From Eledone cirrhosa (lineage: Eukaryota): a stretch of DNA of 64,000 nucleotides. Where the stretch lies: the NCBI GenBank assembly GCA_964016885.1, contig OZ024743.1, forward strand, positions 268,832,001-268,896,000, given 5' to 3'. Below, piece by piece: positions 1 through 10,665 of the stretch (position 1 is the stretch's first letter; each line of letters starts with the position of its first letter). The notes under the pieces are model-generated. The model was given only the letters and a program-made list of their open reading frames with translations, made no database searches and was not told where the DNA came from. The position numbers and the translations under genes are program-made.

Positions 1-605
1 CAAATCATAGAGGCCAGTGAAATAGAACTTAGAAGGCCAAGGCTAAATAGAAAAAAATGAATGGAATAACAACAGCACCCAAACAAACAACACTGACCTA
101 AGAGAAGTATAAATAAATAAATAGATAAATAAATACATTCACAAGCACAATAACAACAAACACATATAAACACGCACTAGTAAAGATAGAATATATTAAC
201 CAATACACAGTCACCCAATCACGAACACACATCAAACAAAACACTATACACACACGCAAACGCATGCGCAAAGAAGACAAAAAATAAACAAATAAATAAA
301 CATATAAACAGACTAAATAAAGATGGCGTAGAAAATACAATGCAACGGGAGGAAACAATAGCACCACTGACGATGTTGCAGATGTGCAACGAAAGAACTT
401 TGATAAACTATATATATATGTGTTTGTGTCTATATTGTATCTGTATTTTTGACCGTTGGTCAGTCAATGGCAACATTGAGGACTGAATAAATTAAATTAA
501 CCGATATGAAAGACACAGAAGCGAAAAGCGAAAACCAACCAAACAGTGAGTGTGTTCTGTTATTAATTCTGGCAATATTACACAAATATGACCCTCTCCA
601 AGTAT

Positions 606-610
<5 letters not shown>
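1..610 (+). mobile_element. Non-coding hammerhead-bearing module (Penelope pLTR/retrozyme-like), same family as 47101-48010
   Basis: Shares AAGATGGCGTAG, the hammerhead (CACTGAnGA...CGAAAGAACTTTGA) and the terminus ATGACCCTC..CCAA.GTATAACAATAT with 47700-47954; ends at (TA)n from 611. Confidence 0.65.
365..402 (+). ncRNA. Minimal type I hammerhead ribozyme motif (weak stem I)
   Basis: CTGACGA-T-GTTGCA/GATG/TGCAAC-GAAA-GAACTT-TG; stem II covaries with the 47756 copy (GTCACA/TGTGAC); CUU triplet. Confidence 0.6.
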
Positions 611-682
<72 letters not shown>

Positions 683-989
683 TACGAGGGTAATCCCAAA
701 AGCAAGGTCTCCAAAGTGATGGGGAGCAGAGAAACTGTTCGTACGGCTGTTGGCAACAGTTGTGATTGGTGCTTCCTTCACTCCCAAACAACCATGCGGG
801 CGGTTCGCTGGGATGCTTGGCAGCCGTTGAGAATGGAACTCCCGTTGAACGCTACCGCCATGTACGAGTTTCGCGCAGTTATTATATACGAGGGCAATCC
901 CTAAAGTAAGTTCTCCTTCCGAGGAAAATATGGATTTTAACGGAAAAGTTGCAATATCGGAAGGAGACCTTACTTTTGGGATTGCCCTC

Positions 990-992
<3 letters not shown>
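683..992 (+). mobile_element. Internally deleted mariner-type DNA transposon (MITE) with an extra internal TIR copy
   Basis: TIR TACGAGGGTAATCCCAAAAGCAAGGTCTCC at 683 and its reverse complement ending at 992; third TIR copy at 887; TA flanks; transposase-like start MELPLNATAMYEFRAVI. Confidence 0.8.
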
Positions 993-1070
<78 letters not shown>

Positions 1071-1814
1071 TATATACATACATTATACGGGTAGTGGCGA
1101 AAAAACTAAATATAATTTAACTGACAGGTTAAGAACAACTTGCACAAAACATATATAAATGAATACAAATAAAAGGCAAATTTCCAAGACATGCATGATT
1201 AGGTTGCCCCATGATTTTCACTATATTATTTTGAACTTGCTGTTCTATCTAATGCTCTTTTGTGCTCTCCTTTTCCATTTGCCTCTGAGCAAAACGCTCT
1301 CAAATGTCATTTACTACCAAACGTTTAACAACTGGGCTTTCTACCTTGCTCCAACAGTCTGATAGGCCATCTCAAAATAATATTTATCCTTACTCCGTTA
1401 TCTATTTCTTTTTTGAAAGACTGTATTATTTACCTGTTTACTTTCGTATTTTGTGCCTTCTACACACAATGTCTAACAGCATAATTTAATCTCATCTGTT
1501 CTAATCTAATTTTCTCCTATATGTCTAGATTTCTATGCCCAGGTCTATATATATTTGTAATTCATTATTCTATTTATATGTACTTATCGCTGTATATATG
1601 CATATATAGATTTATATTAACGTCCTACTACTTATCTATCTGTTGATATGATGATGTTATAAATGAATATATCCTATCAGTTGATAATATTTAGTCATAT
1701 ATTCATCTTAATTTCAGTTGTATGTGATATTTTATGTTTTATATTCCATAACTGATAAGAACATCATTACTCACTATTTTTCATGTTTTTACGTTTTCTA
1801 AGCCTTAACTTTGA

Positions 1815-2097
<283 letters not shown>

Positions 2098-2121
2098 ATA
2101 TATATAAATATATATATATAA

Positions 2122-2191
<70 letters not shown>

Positions 2192-2192
<1 letters not shown>

Positions 2193-2428
2193 TATATAAA
2201 TGTATATATAGTGTATTTTGCAATACACTGTATGCTTAATTAGAAGCATTTTGAAGACCATACGCTATTGTTTTAAAATAGTGACAATGTCACTTATTTA
2301 AATTTGTTTGCTGAAAATTTAAATAAGTGTCATTGTCACTATTTTAAAACAATGGCGTAAGGTCTTCAAAATGCTTTTAATTAAGCATACAGTGTATTGC
2401 AAAATACACTATATATACATTCATATAT
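2192..2428. repeat. Fold-back inverted repeat (~110-bp arms) between (TA)n tracts; third inverted copy at ~2880-2989
   Basis: 2192-2305 is the near-perfect reverse complement of 2315-2428, loop GTTTGCTGA. Confidence 0.9.
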
Positions 2429-2479
2429 ATATCGCTATTTCAGAGCACCAATTCTAATTTTATATATATATATATATAT

Positions 2480-2550
<71 letters not shown>

Positions 2551-2599
2551 GAAAGAAGGTTTACATCGTTTGCTATACAAAAAAGTTTTTAATCACATA

Positions 2600-2705
2600 G
2601 CTTACATTTGTTTCACTGAACTGGTCTGTCTAGAGATCGCTATCCGCCTAATTTTGCGTCACTCGATCGCCAATACAGAATTATAACCAGTCAGATCTTC
2701 GGAGC
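2600..2705 (-). ncRNA. Hammerhead-like motif with extended stem II and one core mutation
   Basis: Minus strand: GCT-CCGAAGA-TCTGACTGGT...ACCAGTTCAGT-GAAA-CAAATG-TA-AGC, then ATTAAA; core reads CCGA instead of CTGA; GUA triplet. Confidence 0.5.
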
Positions 2706-2800
2706 ATACGAGAATGAAGAAAATAATATCATCCACTACCTGGAATACCATAACTGGACTTCACCTAAGTGGACTGCATTTAACTATTATTTGTTAATCC

Positions 2801-2862
<62 letters not shown>

Positions 2863-3127
2863 GTATGTATATATATATATATATATATATAAAATTAGAA
2901 TAGGTGCTCTGAAATAGCGATATATATATATGAATGTATATATAGTGTATTTTGCAATACACTGTATGCTTAATTAAAAGCATTTTGAAGTTAAACAAAA
3001 TTCATTGAGTATATCAAAGAATGAGTTTTACAGTAGATTGGAAGCACTCAACAGTTAAATAATTTTCCGGAATTATTAATATTAGAATATAAATATTAAT
3101 AAAATAGATGTTCTTTTGATCAATTAC

Positions 3128-3180
3128 ATTTTATTATACATATTTCGGATGTACAACAGTACGTCCTCATCAGACAAAAT
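3128..3180 (-). ncRNA. Minimal type I hammerhead ribozyme (Penelope pLTR type)
   Basis: Minus strand: ATTTTGT-CTGATGA-GGACGTAC/TGTT/GTACATCC-GAAA-TATGTATA-ATAAAAT; AUA triplet; about 200 bp 3' of a Penelope RT fragment on the same strand. Confidence 0.85.
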
Positions 3181-3382
3181 GTAATGATATCTGACATACC
3201 CTGAGATGTTAAATGTTTAAGATGTAATCAAGGTAGTGATTAACCTAAGAGAAAATTTAACATTAATACCTTAATAATGAGAAAATGCGAAAACGTAATA
3301 AATTCAATAGAGAATGTGTGAGTAAGAAAAATGTTGGTTAATGTAACAGTTATCGAGATTTTAATATGTATGATACTACAAT

Positions 3383-3680
3383 TTATCTAGTGCGCACTAT
3401 ATTATACTTGCTAGCATCTATGGAGAGTAGGGCATCATCACGGTACAACCCACCCCTAAGGAATGGGAAGTTACTATGTAGTTCAGTAAGGAGGTAGAGC
3501 CCAACTAAGTCGGTAACCTGAGCAGAATCACTTGACCCCATAGTAATGTCAAAATTATCCGGTGTGTTTTTTCTCGTCCATAAATTATCCTCAAACATAA
3601 TGATGGTTTTACGTGCAGCGAGAACGATATCTATCTGTGGCCGAATATTAATCGTGATTACTCTGGCTAATTTACTGTGA
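3383..3680 (-). pseudogene. Penelope-like element reverse transcriptase fragment
   Basis: FDITMGSSDSAQVTDLVGLYLL...GGLYRDDAL contains the PLE RT MGS and YRDD motifs; truncated on both sides. Confidence 0.85.
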
Positions 3681-3789
3681 AACTACATTATCTGTGACCA
3701 GTGAGAGCAACTGTTATGGGTTTTTGACTTTTGTTAGCTGGGTAAGATATATTGTGTAATATATCCGCGTAGATTTGGGTGTCCGGTGC

Positions 3790-3862
<73 letters not shown>

Positions 3863-5444
3863 TTATGTGTATATACGTGTATGTGTATATATATATGTAT
3901 ATACTGTCTCTGTATATATGTGTGTGTATACTGTCTCTGTATATACATGTTTGTGTGTATGTGTGTATGTATAAGTATACATATACTGTCTCTGGACTAA
4001 CCCTAATGTTGCGTACATTCTTGCGATGCCGGATTGTTGCTCAATGTTGTGATTTTGTGGTTATCGGCTTTGGAAGCTATTTGTTATGCACGTTGTTGAG
4101 TTTTCTTATATTAAATGGTATGCATAATAACCTGCTTCACCTGACTGTGTTTTACCACCTGCACTTGCCTGCTTCTGCTCACTAATATGCGCCTCAGTTA
4201 TTTACCTCTTGATGTTCGTGCTGCTGTATATGAATTTGCCTGCAACCTTCCCAGCATATGCTCCTGCTTGTGATACGGATACACCTTGTTAACCAATTAA
4301 TTCTTGCCTGAGTGCTGAACTCTATGAATGCACACCTGTGGATTGAACTTTGGAGTGTGAACTTTTGGGACTGTCCAACCTGGGATGTTTCCATTGCATT
4401 GTAATGGTCCACTCAATCTAGTGCGGACATAGCATCTGTTCATAAAATCTCATTTAAAAAATCTCATTCGAACATTCGAACACTCTATTGTTGAACTGCG
4501 GCTAACTGCAACACCTAAGGCGTTCGTGTGCTCCTGATATATTCCATATATCACCATGAGTCAACACTAGTGTCATCTTAGGATTTCTATAATAATATTA
4601 TTATTACATGCCCTAATAATTACCATCTTGATTACCCTTATTACATCTTTTTACCCCCAGTTACATTTTTATAAATATGCATTACTTGGACTGATATGTG
4701 TATATATATATATATATATATCCTTATATATACGTCTCTTTTATATATATTTTTTATATATATTTTTGTATATATTTTTGTATATTTTATATTTTGTACG
4801 TATATCACTTGTTGAACATAGCTTGATAGCTTATGCATTTGCCAGTCTTATCTTTACCCATACCTTCCTTTATGGTGTATATTTTACTCCATTTTTTTTG
4901 GTGTATTGTTTTATTTATCTTCTGGTGTATATTTTACTTTACTTTATTTTATTTTATTTTATTTTATTTTTTATCTTTCATCTATTTTTTATCTATTTTT
5001 TATCTAGTTCTTATCTATTTTTTTATCTTTTTTATCTATTTTTTATCTATTTTTTATCTATTTTTTATCTATTTTTTATCTACCTCTTATCTATTTTTTA
5101 TCTATCTCTATCTCTTAATTTGTGCCCATCCGTCTATGATATGTTATTTGTATTAGTGTATACTGTATGTGTTGCATACGGGTGCTTGTGTGTAGGTGCA
5201 TGCGGGTGCTTATGCTTATGCTTATGCGTATACTTGTATGTAGCTGTATGTTAACGGAACCCTGCCCAACTGTGAGTGATAACATTTCTTATTTTTCATT
5301 TTTATTTTTATTTTTGTTTTTATTTTAATTTTTATTTTACTCCTTTTACTTTACTCTTTAAACTCCTCCCAACTTATGGTATCCCCACATATATTCTTCT
5401 GTTTTGGCTTTGTCAGTGCTTGTATACTATGTATTTACTCTTTA

Positions 5445-5490
5445 TGCTCTGAAGAGTCCCACTTCTAGTGTGGACGAAACACTGTTAGCA
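5445..5490 (+). ncRNA. Minimal type I hammerhead ribozyme
   Basis: TGCT-CTGAAGA-GTCCCACT/TCT/AGTGTGGAC-GAAA-CACTG-TT-AGCA followed directly by ATTAAA; GUU triplet. Confidence 0.8.
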
Positions 5491-5663
5491 ATTAAAGATA
5501 TACCTATGTTCTAAGCGCTCTTTGTTGTTAATTGTATTACGGCTCTGTCCTCTGACATTGAGCTAACCATATACTGCCTATTTGATAAGTGGAGTGTTAC
5601 ACACTCCCAATTCTCTCCCTTATATATTATATATGTATGTATATATGTATATATATATATATG

Positions 5664-5721
<58 letters not shown>

Positions 5722-5913
5722 GGTTTGAAGGTTCACCACTGGATAGAGCTGGTCAATTCCGTATGGTCAATCTTGATGTAATAATGTGAAGAGTACTCAA
5801 CGTAAAGCAGCTCAACCGTCTTCGTTTGTGTAGTTGGTGGTGCGAGTACGGAGTTAAATATTATAATAAAATAACAGGAGGCTGGACTTGTGTAAATCCT
5901 TGAAAGGTTTATT

Positions 5914-5971
5914 ATACTATGATCATTTCAATGACCGGGTTCCGTATGAATCCGGTGATATCATCAGGTAT
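5914..5971 (-). ncRNA. Minimal type I hammerhead ribozyme (left palindrome arm)
   Basis: Reverse complement of the 6205-6262 motif. Confidence 0.8.
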
Positions 5972-6204
5972 TCGAAATATAATAAATGAATGTAACAGAT
6001 ATAATCCATGGGGCTGAAAATCATAGACCCGAGGACGACCGACCATCTAGCATCTTCCACTTTAGCTGGTCGCCCTCAAGTGCGAATGGCCAGCACTTGA
6101 GGGTGACCGGCTAAAGTGGAAGATGCTAGATGGTCGGTCGTCCTCGGGTCTATGATTTTCAGCCCCATGGATTATATCTGTTACATTCATTTATTATATT
6201 TCGA

Positions 6205-6262
6205 ATACCTGATGATATTACCGGATTCATACGGAACCCGGTCATTGAAATGATCATAGTAT
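6205..6262 (+). ncRNA. Minimal type I hammerhead ribozyme with palindromic stem III
   Basis: ATAC-CTGATGA-..ACCGG..TTC/GAA..CCGGT..-GAAA-TGATCA-TA-GTAT, then AATAAA; AUA triplet. Confidence 0.85.
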
Positions 6263-6380
6263 AATAAACCTTTCAAGGATTTACACAAGTCCAGCTTCCT
6301 GTTATTTTATTATAATATATATATATATATAAGACTGGTCTTAGGATTATGTCGATCGATTGGTTATTGATTAGTCGATA

Positions 6381-6490
6381 CCCGCTGATGAAGCCGCATA
6401 AGCCGATTGTGCATTGTTGCATAATATATGCAGACAGATGGTGCAGTGCATCTTACAGCTGCATTAGTGCGGCAGAAACTCGATTCCGGG
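6381..6490 (+). ncRNA. Hammerhead ribozyme with ~83-nt stem II domain
   Basis: CCCG-CTGATGA-AGCCGCA...TGCGGCA-GAAA-CTCGAT-TC-CGGG; stem III is one substitution from palindromic CTCGAG with a GUC triplet. Confidence 0.65.
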
Positions 6491-6759
6491 AACCTTATAA
6501 GCACCCGTTTTACGTATGTTGTGTTGAAGCAAATAACTTTGTGTATACTCTGGGAATGTATCTTACATTGCCGATGGAGTGCGCTGAGATACAACCGGTA
6601 CAGGCATTGATAAATATGGTGGGTCCGTCAACCCTTATTATTATTATTATGAAATAACAACCCAACCAGGAACTGGGCATATCAGAGTATTGACAAAGTT
6701 ATACACATCAACACACATCAACAACATGTGTACAACATATCCATACCACACTAATTCGG

Positions 6760-6814
6760 ACTGTCTGAAGAGGTCACAGCCAAAGATGGCTGTCACCGAA
6801 ATATATATAGCAGT
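6760..6814 (+). ncRNA. Minimal type I hammerhead ribozyme
   Basis: ACTGT-CTGAAGA-GGTCACAGCCA/AAGA/TGGCTGTCACC-GAAA-TATATATA-GCAGT, then AATAAA; AUA triplet. Confidence 0.85.
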
Positions 6815-6865
6815 AATAAACGAAGCCAAATTTTAAACATTTGACTTATTTTATTTTATATATAT

Positions 6866-7365
6866 ATATAAAAGACGTAAAATAAGAAAATTAAAAAAAA
6901 AAATTTTTTTTTAAATTAACTTACTTAAATTTATCTCCAAATCACTGATTTGTCGAGCAAACCTGCCAAAACCACTTCTAAATTTTTTTGGGGGGTGTTA
7001 GTAGGCGTCTGTCATCTTACCATCCCATTCCTACTGACTAGCCTCTGTGTCACGTGATTGATTCTTTAGAATCGGCCATATGATTAGTGGCAGTGAGAAT
7101 TTTCAGTAGCTGGAATCCAGTCCTCGATAGCTGTTCCAGTTACCGAATTATTATTATTTTTATATGAGTCCCCAGTGTCCGCGCATTGCCTGGAGACTCG
7201 GCTGAGAATGACCTCCTTGATGACGCAATGAAATTCTCAACAGTTCATTACGTAACTGTCTTTATCCCATTGCAGAAACTAATTAGTTGGAGTGAAAATT
7301 TAAGTAAGTAAGTTAATTTTTTTAAAAATTTTTTTTAAAAAATTTTCTTATTTTACGTCTTTTAT
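6866..7365 (+). mobile_element. Non-coding hammerhead module with ~70-bp inverted terminal duplication
   Basis: 6866-6940 is the reverse complement of ~7287-7365; contains the hammerhead at 7213. Confidence 0.7.
7213..7292 (+). ncRNA. Hammerhead-like motif with long stem II and C3U core variant
   Basis: CTCC-TTGATGA-CGCAATG...CATTGCA-GAAA-CTAATTAG-TT-GGAG; palindromic stem III; GUU triplet. Confidence 0.65.
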
Positions 7366-7472
7366 ATTATTGTTCTGCATTCTCCTGCATTGAACCACCT
7401 AGGTACTATGACATAACCTGTGTATTTGCTGGCATTAGCGTACATCTGTGCGCTTATGTTAGTAGATATATT

Positions 7473-7532
<60 letters not shown>

Positions 7533-7536
<4 letters not shown>

Positions 7537-8395
7537 ATCAAAGGAATATATTGAGTTAGAAACTAACTCTAGGAAACAAAATAGCTCTAGGAAAGAGATT
7601 TTTCCGAGTAGTACATTATAATTGAATATAAAAGAAAAACAACACAGATATATACATATATGTGTTCAACTCGTAAGGGACCGGATTCGCTAAGGTGAAA
7701 AGAATACTAACTATAGACAATCACTTTTGCCAGACTCAATTTAAGAATAAATCAAGAAAATAAATAGAAACCGGAATTGTGGTAACTACCAATCACCCAG
7801 ACAGCTTTGGCTATGCTGTTTCGCAAAATTAATTGTGAAGAGGAATACCGATTCTTGCTCATCAGTGGGTGAAGAATTAGTATCCTGGTCACTTCTATGT
7901 ACATTAAAAAAATGAATAGTGTGCGTATATATAATAACGCACATGGTATCTGAACTTAGCGTGTTTCACAAACTCACACCACTAAAAATAGCAGCCAGGT
8001 TTACTCGATATTTGAATTAGCTCAACAAATTAACGGAGCCGAATATATCAAAGGTATATATTGAGTTAGAAACTCAAAATAGTCTCTTACAATAAAATAG
8101 CTCTTGGAAAGAGATTTTTCCAAGCCGTATATTATAATTGAATATAAAAGAAAAACAAATACAGATATATACATATATGTGTTCAAATCGTAAGGGACCA
8201 GATTCGCTAAGGTGAAAAGAATACTAACTATAGACAATAGGTTTTGCCAGACTCAATTTAAGAATAAATCAAGAAAATAAGAGTCTGGCAAAACCTATTG
8301 TCTATAGTTAGTATTCTTTTCACCTTAGCGAATCTGATCCCTTACGATTTGAACACATATATGTATATATCTGTGTTTGGTTTTCTTTTATATTC

Positions 8396-8400
<5 letters not shown>
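7533..8400 (-). mobile_element. Retrozyme-like element, 510-bp monomer in ~1.45 tandem copies plus an inverted piece (8283-8400)
   Basis: TTGAGTTAGAAACT recurs at 7551 and 8061; non-coding; one complete hammerhead per monomer; (TA)n on both sides. Confidence 0.75.
7793..7872 (-). ncRNA. Complete type I hammerhead ribozyme (GUC)
   Basis: Minus strand: TCACCCA-CTGATGA-GCAAGAAT...ATTTTGC-GAAA-CAGC/ATAGCCAAA/GCTG-TC-TGGGTGA. Confidence 0.9.
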
Positions 8401-8461
<61 letters not shown>

Positions 8462-8530
8462 TATCCAGCGAATTTTCAACTGTCAAGGTTGTTTTCCATG
8501 GTTATGTCACTATTTATAAAACAAATTTTG

Positions 8531-8595
8531 TATTTTATCTGATGAAAGCGCACCAAGATTGGCTTGGTCGCCCTTGAAATATATATAATAAAATA
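8531..8595 (+). ncRNA. Minimal type I hammerhead ribozyme
   Basis: TATTTTAT-CTGATGA-AAGCGCACCAAG/ATTGG/CTTGGTCGCCCTT-GAAA-TATATATA-ATAAAATA; AUA triplet. Confidence 0.85.
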
Positions 8596-8725
8596 ATTAT
8601 CGTTTTATAAATATAGTTTCCATTTATTAATATATTGAATATTTACTCCGGTAAACTGTTGAGTGCTCTATATCAGTTATAAACTTTTAAGTTTGTTGGA
8701 ATCGCAACAAATTAAATATAACTTC

Positions 8726-8783
<58 letters not shown>

Positions 8784-8941
8784 ACATACACTTTTTAGCT
8801 TTCTCTGGAAGAAATCTGCCTTATTTAGAGCTGGAGAGGGATGGGGTCCGCCATACTTTAAATGCCCTAGAAATGCCGTATGCCAATATGGCGCCCCTAC
8901 GTCTCCATCAGGAGTTACGGGATTTTAAAAATGCCTTAAAT

Positions 8942-9105
8942 TGGCGGCAAGGTGGCAAAGTCATTTGAACATCGGTTAAAATGTTCTGCGGTATTCGTTC
9001 CGGCTCTCTTCTCTCTGGATTCAAATCCCACCAAAGTCAATTTTCTTTTTCGTCCTTTTGTTTTGGGGATAAATATACTACCACTCCAATACTGGAGTCG
9101 ATCCT
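8942..9105 (+). mobile_element. tRNA-headed SINE (family A), diverged
   Basis: GGATTCAAATCCC B box and degenerate CTTTTCGTCCTTTT...GATAAA core. Confidence 0.6.
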
Positions 9106-9647
9106 GTCGCTATATCTCTTTCTCACTTCATTTCTCTCACTCTTCTCTGGAAGAAATCTACTTTGTTCAGAACTGGAGAAACACTGTATTTAAATATAGT
9201 GCCCTTACGACTCCACCAGGAGTTACGGTCTATACATACACATAAGCCTTAACTTCTACATGGGGAATCCTAATTATAAACAATTTAATACTATCACGTA
9301 GCTGATATGATATATCTATTTTCAGATTGACTAAATGTTCTCTACGTAGTTTCATTTAAATACATATTGTTCTTTAATTATAGTATTTGGCAAAGTACGA
9401 TTTATTTTATATTAAATTGATGATTTTTTAAAATTGCAAATACGTCTGGCTTAGTAGTAAACGTGCGATCAATCACTTGAACAACACCAGAAAATGTGGA
9501 ATAAAATTCGTAAATTCCTGTATGAGAACTGTCATTAAAAATCCAACCGTTCTGTCACGGGATTGAAATTACGTATGGAATCAACCAGGAGAAAATTCTT
9601 CTAGAAACCTAAACATGCATCGCATTGTTACGAAGTTTCTTCCTTTG

Positions 9648-9729
<82 letters not shown>

Positions 9730-9771
9730 GTATGTGTGTGTGTGTGTGTGTGTGTGTATCTATATAAATAA

Positions 9772-10395
9772 ATATATCAAAAGCATGTATTGAGTTAGAA
9801 ACTCAAAATAGTCTCATTACAGTAAATTAGCTCTAGGAAAAAAGATTTTTCCGAGCCGTATATAACTGAACAAAAAGGAAAAACGAACACAGACATATAT
9901 ATATATATGTGTGTGTTCAAAACGTAATGGACCAAAATCGGTAAGGTGAAAAAAATACTAACTACAGACAATAGGGTTTGCTAGGCTCAATTTAAGAATA
10001 AATTAAGAAAAATAGATACAAACCAGTATTATGGTAACAGCCATCACCCAGACGGTCTTTGATAGAACCGTTTCGCAATATTATTTGTGAAGAGATATAC
10101 CAAATTCCAGGCTCATCAGTGGGTGATGAAATTAGTATCCCCCTCACTTCTGAGTCAAATAGAAAACTGGAAAATGTGTGTATATATATAACGCACATGG
10201 TTCCCGAACTTAGCGTGTCGCGCATACTTACGCCACTAAAAATAACAGCCGGGTCTACACGACATTTGAAATAGCTCTACGAATTAACGGAGCCGAATAT
10301 ATCATAAGCATGTATTGAGTTAGAAACTCAAAATAGTCTCATTACAGTAAATTAGTTCTAGGAAAAAGATATTTCCGAGCCGTATATAAATGAAC
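9772..10395 (-). mobile_element. Second retrozyme-like insertion of the 7533 family, 525-bp monomer, ~1.2 copies
   Basis: TTGAGTTAGAAACTC recurs at 9790 and 10315; colinear with 7533-8050 but clearly diverged. Confidence 0.75.
10042..10128 (-). ncRNA. Complete type I hammerhead ribozyme (GUC)
   Basis: Minus strand: CATCACCCA-CTGATGA-GC...GC-GAAA-CGGTTCT/ATCAA/AGACCG-TC-TGGGTGATG; stem III CGGT/ACCG here versus CAGC/GCTG in the 7793 copy. Confidence 0.88.
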
Positions 10396-10460
10396 TTTTT
10401 GTTTTTCCTTTTTGTTCAGTTATAAATAAATATATATATTTTAATATAGAAGAGCTTATG

Positions 10461-10496
10461 CAGGACTAGAACTGTTTCATTCGTGCGAAATCATCA
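10461..10496 (-). ncRNA. 5'-truncated hammerhead remnant
   Basis: Minus strand: TGATGA-TTTCG/CA/CGAAT-GAAAC-AGTTCTA-GTC-CTG; the first C and the stem I 5' strand are missing; same 3' half at 46316. Confidence 0.5.
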
Positions 10497-10665
10497 TATA
10501 TTTATCATATATAAGGTAATTAGTCACGAATATACATAATATCTAAATAAAAAAATCGCACTGGCAATCTACCTGTCGGTGGTTTTGTATACAATATATA
10601 TATATATATATATTTAAATTATTTAATATATTTAAATTTTATATTTCATATGTATACATATATAT

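Larger units (their letters stand above)
5858..6318. repeat. Near-perfect ~225-bp-arm palindrome with one hammerhead in each arm
   Basis: 5858-6083 is the reverse complement of 6093-6318 with few mismatches; loop GAATGGCCA. Confidence 0.95.

Noticed and set aside
1080-1800. Possible degenerate GIY-YIG (YTGSGEKTKYNLTDRL) and CTGATAAGA hammerhead
   Set aside because: Too decayed, and no GAAA half was found.
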